A stretch of DNA of 20,000 bases from an uncultured virus (IMG/VR IMGVR_UViG_3300042564_002870) (IMGVR_UViG_3300042564_002870); one strand, 5' to 3'. Counted from the first letter of the stretch, positions 1-5,841 are shown. A program made the numbers and translations. Notes: generated by a model from the sequence alone, not told the origin.

Positions 1-105
1 GTCCAATTTGAGTTTGATCTAGATACCTTAGATGCTGTAAATCCAGCACGGGTCGAAATTCTAGACAGCATTCGGTTCGACAACGTGAGAACCAGCAGAA
101 TTTAT

Positions 106-181
106 GGGCCATTAGTGATAGAGGGTAGCACACCGCACTTGCAATGCGGAAGAGACGGATCGTTACCGTCATGGTCCACCA
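106..181 (+). tRNA. tRNA-Ala(TGC)
   Basis: Acceptor GGGCCAT/ATGGTCC with G3:U70, anticodon arm CCGCA-CTTGCAA-TGCGG, encoded CCA; atypical T-loop ATCGTTA. Confidence 0.92.
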
Positions 182-188
182 ATAAACA

Positions 189-271
189 TGTCAATGCAGG
201 TTTGCTAACAGCACAGATATCACAGGCGTCATGTCACGCTATGACAAGGTTCAATTCCTTGATTGACACCA
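189..271 (+). pseudogene. tRNA-like element, no assignable anticodon
   Basis: TGTCAAT/ATTGACA stem followed by CCA, T-arm CAAGG-TTCAATT-CCTTG; no canonical D or anticodon arm. Confidence 0.55.
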
Positions 272-320
272 TTAACGAGGCGATCCGGCGCCTGACTAAA
301 GAATTTCCGGCTGAAATTTT

Positions 321-396
321 TGCCCCTTCGTCTATGCCGGTAGGACGCCTGACTCTGAATCAGGAAACCGTGGTTCGAGTCCACGAGGGGCAGCCA
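321..396 (+). tRNA. tRNA-Gln(CTG)
   Basis: TGCCCCT/AGGGGCA acceptor, CCTGA-CTCTGAA-TCAGG, GGTTCGAGTCC, CCA. Confidence 0.95.
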
Positions 397-404
397 AAGT
401 TTAT

Positions 405-488
405 GCGCTTGTGGTGTAATGGCAGCCACGCTGCACTTAGAATGCAGTGCCTTCGGGCGTGGGGGTTCAAGTCCCTCCAGGCGCACCA
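405..488 (+). tRNA. tRNA-Leu(TAG)
   Basis: CTGCA-CTTAGAA-TGCAG, long variable arm GCCTTCGGGC, CCA. Confidence 0.95.
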
Positions 489-495
489 AAATAAC

Positions 496-570
496 GGTCC
501 GTTAGCTCAGCGATAGAGCAACTCCTTTACACGGAGAAGGTCAAAGGTTTGATCCCTTTACGGACTACCA
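496..570 (+). tRNA. tRNA-Val(TAC)
   Basis: Cloverleaf, anticodon loop TTTACAC, CCA; T-loop TTTGATC. Confidence 0.92.
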
Positions 571-596
571 TTATACTTTGATATGAAGGAAAAAAT

Positions 597-842
597 ATGG
601 ACGAAGAACTATTAGGTACTGTTAAACTTGTAGCATTTAATTATGCACCAGAAGGTTATCTACCATGTGATGGTAGACTTTTAAATGTAAATGAAGAACA
701 AGCAATTTATGCTTTAGTTGGGAATACTTATGGTGGCACCGTCGGCCACAATTTTGCTCTTCCCAAACTACAAGCACCGATGGACGGACTGCACTACATT
801 ATTTGTATGCGTGGTCTATGGCCATCGCCGCGCATAATTTAA
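597..842 (+). CDS. stand-alone phage tail-collar domain protein
   Basis: Motif GTVKLVAFNYAPEGYLPCDGRLL..YALVGNTYGG..FALPKL; RBS AAGGA. Confidence 0.85.
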   Translation: MDEELLGTVKLVAFNYAPEGYLPCDGRLLNVNEEQAIYALVGNTYGGTVGHNFALPKLQAPMDGLHYIICMRGLWPSPRII

Positions 843-844
843 AT

Positions 845-928
845 GCCCAGGTGGTGAAACGGTAGACACACCATCTTGAGTAGGTGGCGCTTAATTGCGT
901 GAGGGTTCAAATCCCTCTCTGGGCACCA
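845..928 (+). tRNA. tRNA-Leu(GAG)
   Basis: GCCCAGG/TCTGGGC, CCATC-TTGAGTA-GGTGG, long variable arm, CCA. Confidence 0.92.
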
Positions 929-1037
929 ATTATTAGGAAGAAAAGCGCACTGACCCGAGCCTATTGTCTGTATTGGCTTTGAAGGTTATCCCTCTCTTCC
1001 TCGGCTCCCGAGATTCAGACCCTCGGAGTACGAATAT

Positions 1038-1112
1038 CAGTGTGTAGCTCAGTGGTAGAGTGCTAGTTTTGGAAACTAGAAGTCGCAAGTTCAATCCTTG
1101 TCACACTGACCA
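1038..1112 (+). tRNA. tRNA-Pro(TGG), copy 1
   Basis: CAGTGTG/CACACTG, CTAGT-TTTGGAA-ACTAG, CCA. Confidence 0.93.
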
Positions 1113-1118
1113 ATCAAT

Positions 1119-1191
1119 GCGGGTAAGGTTATGGCAACCAATCAGATTTCCAATCTGCAGGAGACCGGTTCGATTCCGGCTACCCGCTCCA
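1119..1191 (+). tRNA. tRNA-Gly(TCC)
   Basis: GCGGGTA/TACCCGC, U73, loop TTTCCAA, GGTTCGATTCC, CCA. Confidence 0.9.
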
Positions 1192-1299
1192 ATTCCTGAC
1201 AGCCAGATGATAGCCAGGTATCATGGATTGAGTTTATATAGGTGACTATAGACATTCTATCCACGACACTGGTGACGCTCTGGCTTGACAAATACAAAA

Positions 1300-1520
1300 T
1301 GGATCATTACAGCAACAAATTAGCATCCTTGAAATGGGCCGTGTCGGAGGTTCAAATCCTTCCTCTCCCACCACGGATACTGTTAGTTTATGACAACCTT
1401 TCTTGTATAAGATATTAATAGGCTTATATGGCGAGACAATTGGGTATAAACTAGCGTGCAGTATCTTTGATGGGAGAGTAGCTCAGGTAGTAGAGCAGGT
1501 TACGCAAAAAGTTGATCCAG
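1300..1520 (+). ncRNA. circularly permuted tRNA-Phe(GAA)-like gene inside a stem-CAGCAA cassette (copy 1)
   Basis: The 3' half (TTGAAAT..T-arm..CTCTCCC-A-CCA, 1329-1373) precedes the 5' half (GGGAGAG-TAGCTCAGGTAGTAGAGC.., 1472-1503); closed by TGGATCA/TGATCCA. Confidence 0.8.
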
Positions 1521-1531
1521 AAAAATAATGG

Positions 1532-1560
1532 TTGACATCCTTACAGAATCAGTATATATT
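1532..1560 (+). promoter_or_regulatory. sigma70-type early promoter
   Basis: TTGACA-N17-TATATT, GAATCAGT in spacer. Confidence 0.85.
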
Positions 1561-1585
1561 GATTATATAAGGAAAGGAACCGAAC

Positions 1586-1891
1586 ATGAACCAATACATC
1601 TTCGAAAAAGCTTCCGATACTGCAATCCGTGTACTTTGGATTGAGTCTGATGAAGACGGTCGTAGATCGGTCGCCAATATCATGGAAATGTCTCATGATG
1701 GTTCTAAAGAAAGTCTGAAAGTCACCGTCAAATGTCTTTATGAAATGATGTTTATCGGTGAACAATCAGGTGATGAACTTGGTTATAAGGTTGAAGTTGC
1801 TTACAAAGACTATGATGCTTCTCTTGAAGGTAAAGCTCGTAAGCAATCTTCGAAGGAAATTAACGTGATTACCGAACAACTTTTCGGTTGA
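1586..1891 (+). CDS. hypothetical protein
   Basis: 101-aa ORF with promoter and AAAGGAA RBS. Confidence 0.85.
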   Translation: MNQYIFEKASDTAIRVLWIESDEDGRRSVANIMEMSHDGSKESLKVTVKCLYEMMFIGEQSGDELGYKVEVAYKDYDASLEGKARKQSSKEINVITEQLFG

Positions 1892-1916
1892 CAAACACAC
1901 AGAATCAGTATATGGT
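1888..1916 (+). promoter_or_regulatory. sigma70-type early promoter
   Basis: TTGACA-N17-TATGGT, GAATCAGT in spacer. Confidence 0.75.
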
Positions 1917-1929
1917 AAACTTAATAACC

Positions 1930-1941
1930 GCTCTTTGACAA
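1930..1941 (+). promoter_or_regulatory. boxA-like antitermination element
   Basis: GCTCTTTGACAA just downstream of a promoter; resembles rrn boxA GCTCTTTAACAA. Confidence 0.6.
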
Positions 1942-1970
1942 TTTAGAAAAATAAACATAATAAATTACAG

Positions 1971-2140
1971 ACTTTATTATTGAAGGAACAGACAAGTAGC
2001 GTAAGGTGTAAATGGATGCACGGCCTTTGCTGGCAGGGACAGTTCGAATCTGTAACACAAAAGTTAGGATCAAACGTTGGTTGCAAACAGCGTCCTCGAA
2101 TAGGATTAATTACCCTATAGCGTTCTTTCAATTATAAAGT
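1971..2140 (+). ncRNA. structured RNA with D/T-arm-like hairpins inside a 19-bp stem
   Basis: ACTTTATTATTGAAGGAAC pairs with GTTCTTTCAATTATAAAGT; inner GTGT-AAATGGAT-GCAC and ACAG-TTCGAAT-CTGT. Confidence 0.55.
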
Positions 2141-2144
2141 TTAT

Positions 2145-2221
<77 letters not shown>

Positions 2222-2320
2222 AGATTACAATGGTTGTATCTGAGTTTTAGAAGTCTAGATACGGAAATTAACAAGATGATGGTTCGCTACCTCACTCATT
2301 ATTCCATTGTATTTTATATT

Positions 2321-2395
2321 GCGGACGTAGCTCAGTGGTAGAGCAGATGCTTGCCAAGCATCAGGTCGTGAGTTCGAATCTCATCGTCCGCTCCA
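2321..2395 (+). tRNA. tRNA-Gly(GCC)
   Basis: GCGGACG/CGTCCGC, GATGC-TTGCCAA-GCATC, U73, CCA. Confidence 0.96.
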
Positions 2396-2401
2396 AGTTT
2401 A

Positions 2402-2515
2402 AGGATCAATACAGCAATTTTAACAACCAGTAGATTGTAGGTTCAAGTCCTACCTTAGATCACACAAGATCTTTGTGGCCAAATGGTAAAGGCAACCGGC
2501 AAATAAATGATCCTG
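2402..2515 (+). ncRNA. stem-CAGCAA cassette copy 2 with permuted tRNA module (YrlA-like topology)
   Basis: AGGATCA/TGATCCT stem; T-arm (2437-2453), then closed acceptor-like hairpin, then D-arm GCC-AAATGGTAAA-GGC. Confidence 0.75.
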
Positions 2516-2626
2516 ATATTAGAGTCTCTTAAAGAGAGACGATACCCTTGCATCGTGACCCTGAAACTGTGATGCAATATTATTTTATGGGTGGCAGTCT
2601 GGAGAGTGACAGACAAACATTTTCTG

Positions 2627-2655
2627 TTGACATTCGTATAGAATCAGTTTATACT
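2627..2655 (+). promoter_or_regulatory. sigma70-type early promoter
   Basis: TTGACA-N17-TATACT, GAATCAGT in spacer. Confidence 0.88.
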
Positions 2656-2684
2656 AATAATATACGGAATGAAAAGGAAACACG

Positions 2685-2939
2685 ATGAAAGTCACTTCAA
2701 TCTACGGTAAAGAATTTGATATTACTGTAGGAACCGAAGTATTTGTTCCATGCCGCAATCGTGGTGGTCACGGTGCTTGGGTTAAAGTGACAAAGGTGAA
2801 TAAAATGTCTTTTAAAGGTGTTGAAGAAAAAGGTTCATACACACCAGGTACCAATTGGTCAGTTCATAAAGACTCGGTGTTTGCCGTTGTAGAACGACCT
2901 GAAGGTAAAGGTTGGATGAAGAATTGGATTAACGATTGA
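2685..2939 (+). CDS. hypothetical protein
   Basis: 84-aa ORF, promoter, AAAGGAAA RBS. Confidence 0.85.
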   Translation: MKVTSIYGKEFDITVGTEVFVPCRNRGGHGAWVKVTKVNKMSFKGVEEKGSYTPGTNWSVHKDSVFAVVERPEGKGWMKNWIND

Positions 2940-2964
2940 CATTTCTATAGAATCGGTTTATACT
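2936..2964 (+). promoter_or_regulatory. sigma70-type early promoter
   Basis: TTGACA-N17-TATACT, GAATCGGT in spacer. Confidence 0.88.
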
Positions 2965-2990
2965 AATAATATAACCGAGTACCAATTCGT

Positions 2991-3065
2991 TGGGGGATAG
3001 TTCAGTGGTAGAGCGCCTGACTTTGAATCAGGATGTCGGAGGTTCGAGCCCTCCTCCCCCAGCCA
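2991..3065 (+). tRNA. tRNA-Gln(TTG)
   Basis: TGGGGGA/TCCCCCA, CCTGA-CTTTGAA-TCAGG, G73, CCA. Confidence 0.96.
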
Positions 3066-3097
3066 AATTTATATGATCATGAATAGAAAGAAAATAT

Positions 3098-3313
3098 ATG
3101 GAACTTTTAGTAATTCTAATTACAGCTGCTCTTATGGCATGGTTGAATCACTATCTTGCTACCGAACGTGGCCGTAATGCAATTGGATGGGCTGTAGGTG
3201 GTGCAATTTTTGGACTGCTATCTACAATTTTACTACTAATTCTTGGTAAAACAGAAGAGAAGCAGATTGAAATTGCAACACGAGTTGCTTCTGCTGTTAA
3301 TAGCAAAGAGTAA
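3098..3313 (+). CDS. small membrane protein
   Basis: Two hydrophobic segments around AxxxGRNxxGW. Confidence 0.85.
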   Translation: MELLVILITAALMAWLNHYLATERGRNAIGWAVGGAIFGLLSTILLLILGKTEEKQIEIATRVASAVNSKE

Positions 3314-3322
3314 TATTTTTAT

Positions 3323-3397
3323 CCTAGGTAAGGTGTAATGGTTGCACTCCTCACTGTGACTGAGGAAGATGAGGTTCGAATCCTCTACCTAGGACCA
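3323..3397 (+). tRNA. tRNA-His(GTG)
   Basis: CCTAGGT/ACCTAGG, CCTCA-CTGTGAC-TGAGG; A73 and no G-1. Confidence 0.92.
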
Positions 3398-3503
3398 AAT
3401 TTAGAAGATTGTACAATGGCGGTTTCGGGACACCGGTCCTACAGAGGTGATGCTCTGCGTCTAGTCAATCGGAAGCAGTTTTACGGTGTCTGCGACAAAC
3501 CGA

Positions 3504-3511
3504 TATAAATA
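3504..3511 (+). promoter_or_regulatory. T4-type late promoter
   Basis: TATAAATA just upstream of cassette copy 3; others at 3760, 8581 and 18281. Confidence 0.6.
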
Positions 3512-3519
3512 ATTCTAAA

Positions 3520-3579
3520 AGGATCAGTTCCGCAAACAAGCGAAAATTTCAATTTTGGTTTGAAAAACAAATGATCCTG
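3520..3579 (+). ncRNA. stem-CAGCAA cassette copy 3
   Basis: AGGATCA-GTTCCGCAA..TGATCCT-G; inner TTCAA-TTTTGGT-TTGAA hairpin. Confidence 0.65.
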
Positions 3580-3587
3580 CTTATAAT

Positions 3588-3669
3588 GCTCGCGTACGCC
3601 CCACCGCTACGAACGGTGCCAAAGCTAACTGGAGGTAAGATGTAGGTTCGAGTCCTATCGCGAGTACCA
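3588..3669 (+). tRNA. atypical D-armless tRNA-Arg(ACG)
   Basis: GCTCGCG/CGCGAGT, CACCG-CTACGAA-CGGTG, T-arm GTAGG-TTCGAGT-CCTAT, CCA; only 7 nt between acceptor and anticodon arm. Confidence 0.75.
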
Positions 3670-3779
3670 AAATCCAAAGGCTCTGCAAACATCGAAGCAT
3701 CCTTTACGGTTGTAGAGACCGCTCTGCAAAGGTGTGACACCAGGGAGAGACCGACCAAATATAAATAATTCTATCCAAC

Positions 3780-4046
3780 ATGAAAGATAGTTTAATGTTT
3801 CAAGCTTTTGTGATTATCTGTGCTGCAAGTACTACATTTCAAATATACGAAGACATGTGTTTTTTTTCAAATGATACATGGGGTCCATATAAAACAGAAG
3901 AAAATTGTGGTATTCGAGCTAGACAGATGGTTTTGGAAGTGACAGAAGGTTCATTAAATGAGACAACATTCTTCGTGCTTGGTTTCCCTGAACAAATTTA
4001 TGCTGAAGGGTTTTGTAAAAAACTTGATGAAGATCCAGAAGCATAA
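3780..4046 (+). CDS. hypothetical protein, hydrophobic N-terminus, Cys-containing
   Basis: 88-aa ORF after TATAAATA at 3760. Confidence 0.75.
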   Translation: MKDSLMFQAFVIICAASTTFQIYEDMCFFSNDTWGPYKTEENCGIRARQMVLEVTEGSLNETTFFVLGFPEQIYAEGFCKKLDEDPEA

Positions 4047-4118
4047 GTAAAAGAATTGTTGACATTTTGAAAATATTGTGGGCAAAGTCAAAAGAGGTAT
4101 TGGTTCATATTAAATAAA

Positions 4119-4198
4119 AGGATCAGTTCAGTAAACAATCTGGATAAAAACAAATCTTCAAAATTTGAATAAGTGGTTCAATTCCACAATTGATCCTG
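4119..4198 (+). ncRNA. stem-CAGCAA cassette copy 4 with TCA anticodon arm and T-arm
   Basis: AGGATCAGTT/AATTGATCCT; CAAAT-CTTCAAA-ATTTG; GTGG-TTCAATT-CCAC. Confidence 0.7.
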
Positions 4199-4208
4199 TA
4201 AAGACCCA

Positions 4209-4273
4209 AGGATGGGTTCAGCAAAAAAGAAAGCAACAAACATTTAATTTGTAAACGCTCAAAAACCATCCTG
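4209..4273 (+). ncRNA. stem-CAGCAA cassette copy 5
   Basis: AGGATGG-GTTCAGCAA..CCATCCT-G (compensatory stem changes); inner ACAAA-CATTTAA-TTTGT. Confidence 0.65.
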
Positions 4274-4279
4274 ACTAAT

Positions 4280-4364
4280 GCCCCTATGGTGAAATTGGCA
4301 GTCGCGGCAGACTCAAAATTTGTTTCCGAAAGGAGTCCCGGTTCGAGTCCGGGTAGGGGCACCA
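4280..4364 (+). tRNA. tRNA-Leu(CAA)
   Basis: GCCCCTA/TAGGGGC, loop CTCAAAA, long variable arm TCCGAAAGGA, CCA. Confidence 0.94.
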
Positions 4365-4374
4365 CCAAATACAT

Positions 4375-4480
4375 GTTTCTGTAATTCAGCGGTAGAAGGG
4401 CACCCCAGCTATGATGGTAAGATACACCGAAAAAGAACTGGCTCTGCGGGACGTGGGTTCGAATCCCACCAGAAACCCCA
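4375..4480 (+). tRNA. 106-nt tRNA-like gene with expanded anticodon arm, identity undetermined
   Basis: GTTTCTG/CAGAAAC, D-arm TTC-AGCGGTA-GAA, T-arm GTGGG-TTCGAAT-CCCAC, CCA; about 30 extra nt centrally. Confidence 0.7.
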
Positions 4481-4517
4481 TAGCAATAATGCTAGCAACC
4501 CGCAAGGAGAATTAAAA

Positions 4518-4724
4518 ATGAGTTACCGTAAACTTGAAGTAGACGGCAATGTGTTCGAGTATTCCATTGGAAAAACTCACACGAAGATCAGAGGTGTTGG
4601 TGCATATCAAAACAACGAGGTTGGATACGTAATATCGGACCGCGAAGTTCGCGTCCGCCCGAGTGACATTGCAACCTTCATCAAGCAAAATAAATTGAAA
4701 GTAAAAAGTGAAAACACTAGATGA
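4518..4724 (+). CDS. hypothetical protein
   Basis: Start reassigned to ATG after AAGGAGA; the upstream part of the tracked ORF overlaps tRNAs. Confidence 0.8.
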   Translation: MSYRKLEVDGNVFEYSIGKTHTKIRGVGAYQNNEVGYVISDREVRVRPSDIATFIKQNKLKVKSENTR

Positions 4725-4956
4725 AAAGCGTGAGTTCTACGAGAACTGTGCTGAAATACTAAAAATAGATCATAATTACCATGATCCTGTTCCTAGAAGA
4801 ACAAGATGGAACACGAGGTTTCTTGGTAATGGCCGTTACCCAGGTTTCGGTCTAGTCCAATGTTTCGGTTCTTCTGTGAGAGTGGTAAGTAAACATGGAA
4901 CTAAATTGTTTAAAACATACGAAGAAACATACGAATATCTGAAAAGAATCGGTTGA
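4708..4956 (+). CDS. hypothetical protein
   Basis: 82-aa ORF, GTG start overlapping the previous gene. Confidence 0.8.
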   Translation: MKTLDEKREFYENCAEILKIDHNYHDPVPRRTRWNTRFLGNGRYPGFGLVQCFGSSVRVVSKHGTKLFKTYEETYEYLKRIG

Positions 4957-4980
4957 CATTTCACAATTTTGGTATATATT
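4953..4980 (+). promoter_or_regulatory. sigma70-type early promoter
   Basis: TTGACA-N16-TATATT; GAATC just upstream of the -35. Confidence 0.75.
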
Positions 4981-5010
4981 AATAATATAAACACAAACAA
5001 AGGAAACCAA

Positions 5011-5184
5011 ATGAAAAATCTCGCAGTTGCTTTTAAAGTTCCAGCAGTTTTTGTCTCCATGCACGAGAAAACTCTTCTAGTCCCTTCAATGGTTCTATCG
5101 ACTCTTTCTATCTGTATTTTGACCACGTTCCTTCCGCAGTTGATGCCTCTCTGGATGCAACTTGCGACAGTGCCGAGTAAATGA
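5011..5184 (+). CDS. hypothetical protein (possibly frameshifted)
   Basis: ATG after AAAGGAAA and a promoter. Confidence 0.55.
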   Translation: MKNLAVAFKVPAVFVSMHEKTLLVPSMVLSTLSICILTTFLPQLMPLWMQLATVPSK

Positions 5185-5185
5185 A

Positions 5186-5494
5186 ATGAAAAAAGTATTT
5201 TTGGTGCTTGCAGTCACACTATTTCCAATGCAAGCACCTGCACAGACATCATTTAGCACTTCAAATAGTGTTTCACAATTTGCATCAAACATTGGATCAA
5301 AGGTTACAATTCAACTTAGGTCTGATACTCCTTCTTCAAGTCGTGGAAATTTTTTACAAACATTTTCATATAACAACGGTGTGACCAATTTCAACCGAAG
5401 TTTTAATATTACTGGTAGTACAAACTTCAAGATTGATTCACAAATCAATAGTACTACAACTACATTCACAAACAACCCGAAGTTCAAGTGGTAA
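5186..5494 (+). CDS. secreted Ser/Thr/Asn-rich hypothetical protein
   Basis: Signal peptide MKKVFLVLAVTLFPMQAPA. Confidence 0.75.
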   Translation: MKKVFLVLAVTLFPMQAPAQTSFSTSNSVSQFASNIGSKVTIQLRSDTPSSSRGNFLQTFSYNNGVTNFNRSFNITGSTNFKIDSQINSTTTTFTNNPKFKW

Positions 5495-5516
5495 TAAATA
5501 ATTGAAAGACATAATC

Positions 5517-5633
5517 ATGACTAATCCAATTCAGCGTTACATTGATACTCCAAAGGCGGGTCGTCTTGCACCTCAACCTAATATGGATCTTGGTGTAACA
5601 CATATTGTTAAATGGTTGCTTCGTTTGAAGTAA
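5517..5633 (+). CDS. small hypothetical protein (38 aa, MTNPIQRYIDTPKAGR..)
   Basis: Fills the gap between the previous gene and a tRNA; weak GAAAG RBS. Confidence 0.45.
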   Translation: MTNPIQRYIDTPKAGRLAPQPNMDLGVTHIVKWLLRLK

Positions 5634-5641
5634 ACAATAAT

Positions 5642-5716
5642 GCTGATGTAGCACAGCGGTAGTGCACTTCATTGGTAATGAAGAGGTCATGAGTTCGATC
5701 CTCATCATCAGCACCA
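5642..5716 (+). tRNA. tRNA-Thr(GGT)
   Basis: GCTGATG/CATCAGC, CTTCA-TTGGTAA-TGAAG, CCA. Confidence 0.95.
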
Positions 5717-5729
5717 AAACAAAATTTCA

Positions 5730-5836
5730 AGTTTGTGTACAGCAATCAATTAAAATCATAGCATAGGTCGTAAGCTTCGGCAACAAGATCACAACAGTTT
5801 TCGATTTTCTGTCCAAAAAAGTAGACACACAAACTG
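5730..5836 (+). ncRNA. stem-CAGCAA cassette copy 6
   Basis: AGTTTGTGT-ACAGCAA..ACACAAACT-G; inner AAAATC/GATTTT and cTTCGg hairpin. Confidence 0.6.
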
Positions 5837-5841
5837 TTAAT

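Noticed and set aside
1..105. Short hairpins and a possible tRNA 3' end (GTCCA) at the window edge
   Set aside because: Truncated context; cannot be assigned.
85..516. 143-aa ORF and other ORFs overlapping tRNAs (229-489, 1060-1245, 3549-3758, 4123-4374, 5484-5717, 7180-7488)
   Set aside because: They lie across clear tRNA genes and are chance open frames in GC-richer RNA genes.
935..1001. AGGAAGA/TCTTCCT-bounded tRNA-sized segment
   Set aside because: No convincing D-arm, T-loop or CCA; at most a heavily decayed tRNA.
3679..3757. Duplicated GCTCTGCAAA and an ACCA end suggesting a tRNA-Cys remnant
   Set aside because: No T-arm or cloverleaf can be built.
4119..4198. tRNA-Sec call for the TCA element
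   Set aside because: It lacks the long variable arm, the extended D-stem and CCA.
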